From positions 1-29,346 of the forward strand of contig WJMJ01000135.1 in NCBI GenBank assembly GCA_014728035.1: DNA of 29,346 nucleotides, in the 5' to 3' direction. This DNA comes from Promethearchaeota archaeon. GTDB lineage: Archaea > Asgardarchaeota > Thorarchaeia > Thorarchaeales > Thorarchaeaceae. The notes beneath the pieces are model-generated. The model saw only the letters and a list, made by a program, of their open reading frames with translations, was not told the DNA's origin and searched no databases. Positions 1 to 10,200 of this stretch are shown piece by piece (position 1 is the first letter of the stretch; each line of letters opens with the position of its first letter). Position numbers and translations under genes: made by a program.

Positions 1-716
1 TCCCCTCGAGCTATCATAACGCCATGTGACTCGCGTAGTATCTCATCGTAATTCTCTATAGCGAGCTTGTGCTCTATTTTGCTTATCAAATCCACCTTTG
101 TTGGTCCGTTCTCTCTGACGATATCATCTACTCTTTTGACATCATCCGCATCAAGAACAAAGGAAAGAGCAATTAGGTCAGGTTCAATCTCAGCCGCTAG
201 ATCCAGATCATCAAGGTCTTTTTCTGTAGGAAGATGACAGGATAGTCTGATTCCTGGGACATTCACTCCCTTTCTACTGGATATTGGACCGCCTTGCACA
301 ATTTCTGTAACAACCTCTGATTCCTCGATTGACTTTACCATCAGTCTAACGATTCCGTCATTTATTGCAATGAAATCTCCTGGGTTAACGTCGTCAGGGA
401 GTTCTTTATGTGAAACTGATACTCGATGTTCATCGCCAACAAAGTCTTCAATCGATATTCTAAATTCATCTCCTGTTTCAAGTTCAACAGGTTCTCGCAT
501 CTCACCAATTCGGATTTTTGGACCTTGAAGATCGATGAGGACTGCAATCGTTTCGTCTACTGACCGAATGGTTTCCAAAGTTTCTTTCGCAGTCTTATGG
601 TCCTCGTGTGACATGTTTATTCTTGCAACATCCATTCCTGCATCTATCATTTTAGCAAGAACTTCTTCAGATCGAGAAGCAGGTCCAATAGTACATACGA
701 TTTTGGAACGAGTCAT
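1..716 (-). CDS. pyk: Pyruvate kinase, N-terminal part (3' end runs off the window)
   Basis: Not in the ORF track. Manual minus-strand translation from ATG 716 gives MTRSKIVCTIGPAS..GMDVARINMSH..IDLQGPKIRIG..INDG..SRKGVNVPG..SFV..ISKIEH..GVMIARG, all hallmark PK motifs. An alternative in-frame GTG lies at 734. Confidence 0.96.
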   Translation of the reverse strand, partial: MTRSKIVCTIGPASRSEEVLAKMIDAGMDVARINMSHEDHKTAKETLETIRSVDETIAVLIDLQGPKIRIGEMREPVELETGDEFRISIEDFVGDEHRVSVSHKELPDDVNPGDFIAINDGIVRLMVKSIEESEVVTEIVQGGPISSRKGVNVPGIRLSCHLPTEKDLDDLDLAAEIEPDLIALSFVLDADDVKRVDDIVRENGPTKVDLISKIEHKLAIENYDEILRESHGVMIARG

Positions 717-808
717 TTCGGTCAAGTCTTTCACCAAATCTTTTGGGGCTAGATGAAATATAGAGAATTGCCTATTGAAACATATGCAGATGAATAAAAA
801 CCTGCTAT

Positions 809-826
809 ATTGAACATACGTTCAAT
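809..826. promoter_or_regulatory. Perfect 7-bp inverted repeat upstream of pyk, candidate operator
   Basis: ATTGAAC-atac-GTTCAAT in the gmd-pyk spacer. Confidence 0.35.
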
Positions 827-859
827 CTCTATTGATTGTAGATTCCTTTTGTTTCATGA

Positions 860-2092
860 TTACTGTTCTCTATGTCTTTCTTCAAGATAGTAATTCAATT
901 GGTCTCTTATGATATCTTTTACAGATGATTCATAGGACACACCAAGTTTCTGGACTTTGGAGGTATCACTAAGAAGAATTGGAACCTCTGATGGTCGGAA
1001 CCTGTCGGGATTGAACTCAAGAGTAAACTCTTTCGTTTCGGTCTTGATTTTTAGACCTTTGTCATCGATGGCAAAGTCTAATTCTTCATTTATGAACATC
1101 TGGTCTACTTTGGTCTTATCGAATTTTATTCCAAATGCCACATCATCATTAGGTTCTGTGGGATTGTCTATCTTTTTCTCTCCTTGGAATGTTTCAATAG
1201 ACTTGATTGGGTATCCCGCTTCTTCAAAAGACCAAAGCAAGTAGGTCAATACTGAATTTGTTCTCATGGACCCTTGATTGTATACTTCTCCTGGTTTTCC
1301 TTTTTGAGAAATCGCACAATATCCCTTAACTATATCATCTACATGACTCCAATCTCGAAAAGCTGACACATTACCTATGACCATCTTATCGGTTGTACCA
1401 ATTTTTAATCCTACAATCTGGCTTGTTATAACCGATGTGACGAACATGATTCCACGTCCTGCCCCTTCATGGTTGAAGCCCCGAGAAACAATTCCCTTTA
1501 CTCCATATGTGTTCCAATAGTTACGAGTTGCATAATCTGATGCAACTTTTGATACTGCATACGGAGACATAGGCCTCAGTGGATCCGTTTCTGAAGTGGG
1601 AATTTCGGGAATCTCTTGAGGTGGGGGAAAAATACTACCATATTTTTTCAAGACACGTTCATACTGTTGCTGAGAGGATATCACTAGACCGTATTCTTCG
1701 CTGGACCCAGCTAACACCATAGTTGCATCGGAATCTTTCAATCGCATGGATTCAAGAAGATAGTTTGTTCCCATTGCATTTGCATGCATACTCTCCAACG
1801 GATTGACAAAAGAATACGGAACATATGACTGTGCTGCAAGATGGAATATGACTTCAGGTTCAGCGACATCTAATGCATTTCCTAGACTTGATATATCTGT
1901 GAGATTCCCCTCAATCAGTTCTATTTTATCCTCAATACCAAGTTGTTTTACCCGTAGAGGTTTGGTGAATTGAGCAATTCGTCTAGTTAAGCCATATACT
2001 TTAGCACCCTGTTTCACGAGATATTTTGCTAAGAGAGGTCCTACAAATCCAGAAATTCCAGTTACTAAAACACGTTTTTCTTCCCAAGTCAT
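860..2092 (-). CDS. gmd: GDP-mannose 4,6-dehydratase-like extended SDR
   Basis: TGISGFVG Rossmann motif, HLAAQSYV, SSEEYG, SPYAVSK (YxxxK), FNHEG..RG..FVT, RDWSH, FRPSEV. Confidence 0.85.
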   Translation of the reverse strand: MTWEEKRVLVTGISGFVGPLLAKYLVKQGAKVYGLTRRIAQFTKPLRVKQLGIEDKIELIEGNLTDISSLGNALDVAEPEVIFHLAAQSYVPYSFVNPLESMHANAMGTNYLLESMRLKDSDATMVLAGSSEEYGLVISSQQQYERVLKKYGSIFPPPQEIPEIPTSETDPLRPMSPYAVSKVASDYATRNYWNTYGVKGIVSRGFNHEGAGRGIMFVTSVITSQIVGLKIGTTDKMVIGNVSAFRDWSHVDDIVKGYCAISQKGKPGEVYNQGSMRTNSVLTYLLWSFEEAGYPIKSIETFQGEKKIDNPTEPNDDVAFGIKFDKTKVDQMFINEELDFAIDDKGLKIKTETKEFTLEFNPDRFRPSEVPILLSDTSKVQKLGVSYESSVKDIIRDQLNYYLEERHREQ

Positions 2093-2242
2093 AAAATCGC
2101 TTCCAATACTCTTTCTAGAATCTTGTGACTTTGGAATATGCTGATTTATATCAATAGTGGTGAACCAAAATGAGATTGGAATACATTCAATTATGACTTA
2201 GCATATATTCTAGATAAGAATGATTATGGATTTGATTGCACA

Positions 2243-3541
2243 ATGGTCAAGATAAAGAAAATCTATGCAATGGAGATAATGGATTCTCGTGGGAATCCCA
2301 CAATAATGACAAAAGTAACTCTATCAGATGATAGTACTGGAGTTGCAAGAGTTCCTAGTGGCGCTTCTACTGGTGCAAACGAGGCTTTGGAACTGAGAGA
2401 TGGAGGTTCCCGTTATGGTGGGAAAGGTGTTGAAAAAGCTGTAAATAATGTAAACGATATAATATCTGAAAACATATCCGATTTCGATCCACTCTCTCAA
2501 AGAGCAATAGATGATGCGATGATTGCATTAGACTCTACGAAGGACAAATCAAAACTTGGTGCAAATGCTATTCTCTCTGTGTCGATGGCAACTGCAGTGG
2601 CTGCTTCTACCCATATGGAAATTCCTCTTTTTGAATATCTTCGAACAAAGGTATTAGGCAAATCGCCAAAATATCTACAACCTGTTCCGATGTCGAACGT
2701 GATAAATGGAGGATCTCATGCTGGAAATGATTTAGCTATTCAAGAATTCATGATTCTTCCAGTGGGTGCAGATAATATTCGTGATGCAATTCGAATGATA
2801 TCCGAGGTATATCAAAAACTTGGGAAGAATATGATTGCCAAGTACGGACGTATGGCCAAGCATGTAGGAGATGAGGGTGGTTTTTGTGGTTTTGGATTGA
2901 AATCAACAACAGATGCAATGGAGGAGATTCTCAAAGCCATAGTTGATGCTGGCTATACACCAAGTGATGACATAGTGCTTGGAATGGATGCTGCAGCAAC
3001 AGAATTTCACAATGATGGAAAGTACTCTATTGATGGAAAGGTGCTGGATGCAGGTGAGCTTCGCGAATTCTATCTTGGACTTGAAAAGACGTATCCTCTC
3101 AAGACCCTTGAAGACCCGTTTGATGAGGCTGCTTTTGTTGATTTTACAGAATTGACTAAGAAAACCAAAATGCAAATAGTAGCTGACGATTTGACTGTAT
3201 CAAATCCAGACATCGTTACAAGAGCGATAGAAGTAGAAGCTGCAAACTCGCTTCTATTGAAAGTTAACCAGATTGGTAGCGTTACCGAGGCCATCGAAGC
3301 AGCTCGATTGGCTAATGATGCAGATTGGTCGGTTGTGGTAAGCCATCGAAGTGGTGAGACCTGTGATACTTTCATTGCAGATCTTGCTGTCGGATTATGT
3401 TCTGGACAGATCAAGACTGGAGCACCGGCAAGAAGTGACCGTGTTGCAAAATACAATCGCCTGTTGCAGATTGACTCAATATTGGATGGCAAATGTGACT
3501 ATCCTGGTGCCGACTTTCAGACTGCTTGGAGGAAATTTTGA
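2243..3541 (+). CDS. eno: Enolase
   Basis: DSRGNPT, PSGASTG, QEFM, GDEGGF, EDPF, ADDL, LLKVNQIG, SHRSGET, QIKTG, RSDRVAKYN. Catalytic residues are intact. Confidence 0.98.
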   Translation: MVKIKKIYAMEIMDSRGNPTIMTKVTLSDDSTGVARVPSGASTGANEALELRDGGSRYGGKGVEKAVNNVNDIISENISDFDPLSQRAIDDAMIALDSTKDKSKLGANAILSVSMATAVAASTHMEIPLFEYLRTKVLGKSPKYLQPVPMSNVINGGSHAGNDLAIQEFMILPVGADNIRDAIRMISEVYQKLGKNMIAKYGRMAKHVGDEGGFCGFGLKSTTDAMEEILKAIVDAGYTPSDDIVLGMDAAATEFHNDGKYSIDGKVLDAGELREFYLGLEKTYPLKTLEDPFDEAAFVDFTELTKKTKMQIVADDLTVSNPDIVTRAIEVEAANSLLLKVNQIGSVTEAIEAARLANDADWSVVVSHRSGETCDTFIADLAVGLCSGQIKTGAPARSDRVAKYNRLLQIDSILDGKCDYPGADFQTAWRKF

Positions 3542-3544
3542 AGT

Positions 3545-4786
3545 ATGACTGAAAAGAGGACTGCTATCCTTCTGATTCTTGATGGAAGTGGAGACCGTGG
3601 AGTGAAGAAACTCGATGGGATGACTCCTTTTCAGGCTGCAAAAACCCCTAATATTGATAGGTTATCTAAGGAAGGACAAAATGGATTGATGGATGTTATT
3701 GCACCAGGGATAACCCCCGGAAGTGATACAGCACATTTAGCACTGTTTGGCTATGACCCTGAGGAACATTACCCGGGTAGAGGCCCACTTGAAGCATTAG
3801 GTGCAGGTCTCGATTCTCGTCCCGGTGATGTTGCATTTAGATCTAATTTTGCTACCGTTGATGATGATATGGTGGTTATAGACCGCAGGGCTGGTCGTGA
3901 TTTCACAGAGGAGGAAGGTGCGGTTTACAAAGACGTAATTGACGGTATGGCAATTGAGGATATCACAATTCAGTTTGTGCATACTGTAGAACATCGAGGA
4001 GCACTTATACTGAGGGGGCAAGGCCTCTCTGCGGATATAAGTGACATTGACCCACACGAAACGGGGAAAAAGATTCTGACATGTAGGGCAAACTCGCCCG
4101 AGGCAGAGAAAACTGCCCGAATCATAAACAAACTAATTCAAGAAGTCCATAAAAGGATGAAAGACCTCGAGGTGAATAAGAGCCGGATCGAGAATGGCCT
4201 CCCTCCTGCAAATGTCCTTCTTCTCCGGGGTGCTGGTAAACATCAAGATGTATCTACTCTTGAGATGAAATTTGGTACTCGCTCTGCAGTAATAGCTGGC
4301 GGTGCACTATACATTGGCACTGCAAAATATGTTGGAATGGAACATCTAACCGTCGAAGGCCAGACCGGCACGATTGAAACAAACTTCTCCAATATTGCTG
4401 ATAAGATAATTGAAACTGTCGAGTCCGATTTCGATTATGTTTTTGTTCATATCAAGGCCACAGACAATGCAAGTCACGATATGAATGTTGAAGAAAAAGT
4501 ATTGGCTATTGAAAAGACCGATAAAATGATAGGTAAAATTTTAGAGAATGTATCCACTCGAATTGTTATTGCAGTAACTGGTGATCACACCTCTCCTGTT
4601 TCTATCGGTGATCATACATGTGACCCTGTTCCAATTATATTATGGTCTGATTTTATCCGTGCTGATGATGTAGAGCAGTTTTCAGAATACCATGCGGCAC
4701 ATGGTGCTTTGCATACCATTCGTGGGAAAGATGTCATGAATTTGCTACTAGGATATGCTGGACATATTGAGAAATTTGGTGCATAA
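3545..4786 (+). CDS. apgM: 2,3-bisphosphoglycerate-independent phosphoglycerate mutase, archaeal type
   Basis: LDG, PGSDTAHLALFGYDP, GRGPLEALG, DRRAGR, HIKATD..SHD, GDHTSP, HTCDPVP. Starts 3 nt after the eno stop. Confidence 0.95.
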   Translation: MTEKRTAILLILDGSGDRGVKKLDGMTPFQAAKTPNIDRLSKEGQNGLMDVIAPGITPGSDTAHLALFGYDPEEHYPGRGPLEALGAGLDSRPGDVAFRSNFATVDDDMVVIDRRAGRDFTEEEGAVYKDVIDGMAIEDITIQFVHTVEHRGALILRGQGLSADISDIDPHETGKKILTCRANSPEAEKTARIINKLIQEVHKRMKDLEVNKSRIENGLPPANVLLLRGAGKHQDVSTLEMKFGTRSAVIAGGALYIGTAKYVGMEHLTVEGQTGTIETNFSNIADKIIETVESDFDYVFVHIKATDNASHDMNVEEKVLAIEKTDKMIGKILENVSTRIVIAVTGDHTSPVSIGDHTCDPVPIILWSDFIRADDVEQFSEYHAAHGALHTIRGKDVMNLLLGYAGHIEKFGA

Positions 4787-4792
4787 AGATTG

Positions 4793-4813
4793 GAGGGGCG
4801 ATACATCCCCCTC
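4793..4813. terminator. Hairpin between convergent apgM and the nucleotide-sugar dehydrogenase gene
   Basis: GAGGGG-cgatacatc-CCCCTC followed by tattctttt on the + strand. Confidence 0.5.
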
Positions 4814-4820
4814 TATTCTT

Positions 4821-6176
4821 TTACCTTTTGATTCCTGATTTTCCAATAGCTCTATACTCGAAGCCTGCTTCTTCCACCTCTTTTTGTTGCCAGACATTTC
4901 TTCCGTCAACAATAATGGGCGTACGCATGATGGACTTCAGTTTATCAAGCTCTGCTTCGTAATACTCCTTGTGTTTTGTTACTAAAACGAGACAATCTGC
5001 ATCTTTGGCACACTCGTAAAGGTCTCGTTCAATCTCATGCTGTGTGAATTCCCACTGGTGAACATAAGGGTCATGAAGAACAATAATTGCTCCTTTTGTC
5101 TGAAGTGAACCAATCAATGGAACTGCGGGAGTGTTTCTGGTATCATCTGAGTTTTCTAAGTATGCTACTCCGAGAACAACAATCTTTGCATCATGTACAG
5201 ATACGCCTTTTGCAAGTAGTGCGTTCTCAACTAGGTTTGAGAGGTGAACTGGCATGTGGTTATTTATCCGGCGAGCGACAGAGATGAACTCGGGTTCGAT
5301 CTTCCATGAACCATATTCATAGAGGCCAAATCTCAAGAGCCATGGGTCTTTAGGCAAGCAATGACCTCCTACACCGGCTCCTGGAATATGCATATGTCTG
5401 TCGTGTCGAGCATTGATTAGTTCAATTATCTCGTAAATATCTACACCAAGACTCTCACATACTAATGCCATTTCGTTGGCAAAAGCAATATTCACGTCAC
5501 GATATGCATTTTCGATCGTCTTTGCTAATTCAGCACTCAGTGTATCTGTGGTATAGATTTTCTTCTTGATGATTTTCTTGTACATATCAAATGCACGTTC
5601 TGTGCTTTGTGGAGTGATTCCTCCTACAACCCGTGGCATATTGACAATGAATTCAAGAAGTTTTCCAGGCATAACTCGTTCATATGAAAATGCCAAATCA
5701 AAGTCTTCTCCACCCTTCATTCCAGACTCTTTTTCCAGAATTTTTTGTACAACATTTTGGGTCGTACCTGGTGCTACAGTTGATTCAACTACCACCATTG
5801 CACCTTTTTTCATTCGTTGTCCGATGTTCTTACTTACCTCTCTTAGTGAGATATACTGGGGCATATTCTGCGCATCGGTTGGAGTCTGAACATCAATAAG
5901 AATGATGTCTGCTTCTCTAAGTATTTCAATATCGTCTGTGACTCTGAAAGTACCTTTCTTAACGACTTTGGCAATGAGCTCATCAAGTCCTGGCTCATCA
6001 CCTTCAAATGGCGATTTTCCACTATTTAGCACATCAATCTTCCAACCAGACCTTTTTGATCTGCGTTGCAGTCCAGTCACATCATATCCTTCAACATCGG
6101 CAAGCAATGCTGCTGCGGGTATACCAACATAACCCATACCGATGACAACAATCTTTGTAGTCATATTAATCGCCAA
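4821..6176 (-). CDS. UDP-glucose/GDP-mannose dehydrogenase family protein (WecC/WbpA-like UDP-HexNAc dehydrogenase)
   Basis: GMGYVG, VQTP, ESTVAPGTT, ERVMPG, KTIENAYRDVNIAFANE, PGAGVGGHCLPKDP (catalytic Cys), DTRNTP, DGRN. The likely start is ATG 6164. Confidence 0.92.
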   Translation of the reverse strand: MAINMTTKIVVIGMGYVGIPAAALLADVEGYDVTGLQRRSKRSGWKIDVLNSGKSPFEGDEPGLDELIAKVVKKGTFRVTDDIEILREADIILIDVQTPTDAQNMPQYISLREVSKNIGQRMKKGAMVVVESTVAPGTTQNVVQKILEKESGMKGGEDFDLAFSYERVMPGKLLEFIVNMPRVVGGITPQSTERAFDMYKKIIKKKIYTTDTLSAELAKTIENAYRDVNIAFANEMALVCESLGVDIYEIIELINARHDRHMHIPGAGVGGHCLPKDPWLLRFGLYEYGSWKIEPEFISVARRINNHMPVHLSNLVENALLAKGVSVHDAKIVVLGVAYLENSDDTRNTPAVPLIGSLQTKGAIIVLHDPYVHQWEFTQHEIERDLYECAKDADCLVLVTKHKEYYEAELDKLKSIMRTPIIVDGRNVWQQKEVEEAGFEYRAIGKSGIKR

Positions 6177-6291
6177 CTAGTTTCTCTGGTCTTTACTTAG
6201 ATTTCCGAAAAAGAGGCATTGAAAAAGGTTGCTACTTGGCGATTTTTGTATTAATCTGCAATTTCAATCAGTGTGAGTTCTTGAGAGTTAT

Positions 6292-7116
6292 CTATTCGAT
6301 ATCAACGACTTCCGAGATTCGTCTAATCGACTGTGAAATGCCTGTTTGATCAATTGTGATCTCTATTGCATCGTGAGGACATATTTCTACACACCGTCCA
6401 CATGCTCGACAATCGTTTCCGATTATTGCCTTTCCTTTGACTATACGGATTGCATCAACAAAACATACATCATTCACACACCGCCCGCATCCAACACAAT
6501 TATCATTGACGCTGACATCCACACCCGGCATCTTTGTCACTTTTTCTCCAATATGGGGCGTAATATCTGGAAGCATTCTCCACAAACAGCAACATGGGCA
6601 ACAATTACATATTGTGAGAAGCTTTTCACCTGGTCCCACATTGAGCCATACCGCATCTAATTTATTACGTCCTATGAGGTGAACCAGACCTGCTTCTCTG
6701 ACTTTCTTCACATAATCTAGTGCCTCTTGTTTGGTAACCTTCTTTCCAAGGTCCGGATTGATTCCAAGAGTTGCTTCTCCCAGAAATAAACATCCATAAT
6801 CGATTGGATAATCTTTGCATTGTAATGAATCTCTACAGATACAGAAATTCATAATCCAGTGATGTTTGGCCTTTTTAATGAAATCATCAACAATCTGAGA
6901 CGGGAGTACCGTATCTGTTGGACGTTCTAATGATTTTCCGATTTGAATAGTTTTCCGAGCTGCACTATCTTTAGGAATATAGATGATGTCATCTCCCTCA
7001 AATAGCATCTTTTCAATTAGTCTTCCAATGATTGGCACATTGGTCAATTTTGCAATGATTCGAGTATTGGGGAACGTCTTTTTTAGAAGTGCAACAAACC
7101 AAAGAGGTCTCGCCAT
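6292..7116 (-). CDS. Cys-rich 4Fe-4S-binding protein with a C-terminal 2[4Fe-4S] ferredoxin domain
   Basis: CICR..C..C, ICNCCPCCC, CVGCGRC..C, CRACGRCVEICP. Confidence 0.88.
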   Translation of the reverse strand: MARPLWFVALLKKTFPNTRIIAKLTNVPIIGRLIEKMLFEGDDIIYIPKDSAARKTIQIGKSLERPTDTVLPSQIVDDFIKKAKHHWIMNFCICRDSLQCKDYPIDYGCLFLGEATLGINPDLGKKVTKQEALDYVKKVREAGLVHLIGRNKLDAVWLNVGPGEKLLTICNCCPCCCLWRMLPDITPHIGEKVTKMPGVDVSVNDNCVGCGRCVNDVCFVDAIRIVKGKAIIGNDCRACGRCVEICPHDAIEITIDQTGISQSIRRISEVVDIE

Positions 7117-7238
7117 ACCTATGTACTCGGTTATTTCACTGATATTCCTATCGAAATATGAAAAAACTCACAAACAATACGGTATTCTCATAAGTTGTCG
7201 TGTATATGCTGAACAAGAGAGATAGAGGTGTCAGATAC

Positions 7239-10200
7239 ATGCGGGTAATGAGAACCATTATCATATTGATTATAGTGGCAGTGATTTCCACTGTTGTTTT
7301 AGGCTCGGTCTATGGATTTTTCCTTGGGCAAACAATCTATCAAAATACCTTCTATACCAAGGCTGGTGTTGACTTCTGGGCAACGTGGACCTTGAGGAAT
7401 AATATATTCACTGCTTCTGTGCTTTTGACTATTCTGAGCATGATTACTTTTCCTCAGAGATCAACTTTTCTCAGCTTGATATCTACTATCGCTTCAGATG
7501 GTAAGACCACAAGTAAACTCACAATCCATCAAGCAATTGGTTGGCGAATATTGCAAGCTATTGCTCTTTTCTTAATCTACGTGAGCATTGGTGGCTATTC
7601 ATTTACTGGTCAGAATGTAGCATTTCTTATGATGTTGACGAGTGATGGATCTATCACAATTAATGCGAGCCAGTTACAGCTTCTGTTCTCTCTGCCATTT
7701 TACCCTCAAACATCCTCTTCAACCATAGTTGGACTGATTCCTGCAATGGAAGCTTATCAATTGTATCTTGGATTAGTCGCTACATTTGTTCTCTTCACTG
7801 CTGGACGGTTTGTATTGGCTCTAATATCCAATATTCTATCTCAGAAAAGAGATGCGTATCTGGTGGTTTCATTAGGCTCCTTTGCAGTGGGCTTCGGAAT
7901 ACTTCTTGAGATTCTAGGAGTTCCAATGTGGACAGTTAATGCAGGCACTTACCTATCCTATCTGGCATTATTAGTTGGTCTGGCTGCATCCTTCATTGCT
8001 GGTTTCATGTTTGCGATAGCAAGATTGCGTTCTGGAGGTACTACCCAACGTACAAAGAGCAAAATTACTCAACTGGAACAGGATTTGGCAAGACTTCAAG
8101 GCGAACTACTCTCAGTACGCCAAGAGTATGAAGAAGGTTCTATGGACTTCGCATCTTTCGAACGCCGTGTGAAACTTCTTCAAGAAGATCAGTACTACAT
8201 CAAAGAGGAGCTTCGCAGACTCAAGATTGCTCGCATTGTTCCTATTATGGGAAGTGATCGAAGCTACGGATGTGTTGCACTCTTTCTGATTGTAGTTGTG
8301 ATGGTACTTCCAATAGCTCAAGTTGTACTCTATGATATTCCTATGGATGGAGACCAGTATCTACAGTGGAAATTCAATTACGAGACCACGAAAGAGATCA
8401 CCATCACTAATTGGGCTGCTGGATTGGAAAATATGCAGATTCAGACCCTTGATGACCTTACATCAAACGCGACACCTGAGAGTGAGGTTGAATCGTTAAC
8501 TACGGTTAGACAATGGGACCAGACTGCGAGCTATAAGCGAATGAAGAACCAAATCGGTACAAATTGGATGCAACTATCCGATTCGGATATAGTCTATCTT
8601 GGAGGGCATGAATACTGGGTTGCACCTCTTACCTTTGATACTAGTAGAACAAAGACCAATTTCATTAATCAGCACCTCTACTATACTCATACTGAAGGAA
8701 TGGTCGTTCTTGATGCATATAGTGGAGACTTGATTGAGAATGAAAATCTTATAGCTTTGATTAATAGCAGTGCTGACATCAACATATACTATGGAGAGGG
8801 TGATGGCTTCAGTGATGTTGCATTTGTAAATGTTCCAGGTTTCACAGAAGTAGGAAATGCCACTTTCTCAGCTTCCCCTGACTATACCCTATCTGGATTC
8901 GAGTCATTATTCTATATGTTCACAATGGGTCCAGAAGCTTGGTCTTTCATGGGTCGTGATATGAATATGCTTGTTGAACGGGATGTACTATCACGTGTTA
9001 GGTCTGTTCTGCTTCAGGGATTGACTGCTGATACCGATCCATACATTGTTGTTGATGACACTGGAAGACTACACTATGCGGTATCGGTGTATATCGACTA
9101 CAAACTAGCTACAGGCTACGCCCATGAGAACTACATGCGTTTCATTGGTCAAATTTTGGTTGACATCGAAACTGGTGATTTGTCATTTTACAAATCTCCT
9201 ATTGAAACTGATGAATTCTTTATAGATAAGACATACATGGAGTATTATCCTTGGCTTGAAACTCCCGACTGGCTTCAGAGTCAGATGAAATGGCCTGAGG
9301 ATATGTACGAAACTCAGCTAGAAGTAGCGTATATCTATCATGTAGATGATGGGCTTGTCTGGAGAGGTGGTCTTGATTTCCATCAGACTCCAGATGGTTC
9401 TGATACTCGGTATATCATCATGCAGATTGGTGGTGAGGAACGTTTTGTTGCAATGCACAACACAGAATTCCGTGACTCTATGGGACGTAACCTTGCAGGA
9501 TTGTATGTAATGGGTTGTGGCAATAAGAACTTTGGTGAGTTGATATTTTACAGTGCGGGAGAACTAGGATTCTCTACCTTGCTTGGACCAAATGCTGCAG
9601 TTCAGGCATTTGAAACAGCAGATGAGGTGCGTACTCAGCTACAGCTTTGGGGTGATCATAGATATGGAAATCGATTGCTTTACCATCTTGGTGGTGATTT
9701 GTTCTTCGTCATTCCTGTCTTTCTTGAGGTAGAAACATCCTCTGCAATTGTTATCGAGAAACTAGGTGGTGTGGGCCTTGTCGATGCACTTACTGGAGAG
9801 CGGGTCGAGCTCGGCAGTAATGTTGTTGAAGCATATTACAAGATGTTTGGCCTACTTAACCAGACAGTTGTTGAAGAGGGAAATGTAGGGGTTGAGAGTG
9901 CTGTCTTTAATCCAGTTACCATCGAGTCTGGAGAATTTGCTGATCTAGTGACTTTACTTCGCAACAACGACAACGTCACACATAATCTGACACTCGATGT
10001 AGTTATTTCAACTGGCAATTTCTCAGTCGAATGGCATGGCAGTGAGGTCACACCCATTACTTATGCTGCCAATACTACATACTCGATGAACATTGGATTA
10101 GTTGGCCCTGGCGACTCCTATGGGACTTCGCCAAAAATCACGGCATTCTTACCCTCTGGATTAGTCTTTGCTCAATACGTAGTGCAAGTTGTTCTTAGGA

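Noticed and set aside
3539-3547. The eno TGA stop is in frame with apgM (TGA-AGT-ATG), suggesting readthrough or a selenocysteine fusion
   Set aside because: Enolase is complete at this point, apgM has its own GGAGG upstream, no SECIS-like element is evident, and in-frame spacing has a 1-in-3 chance.
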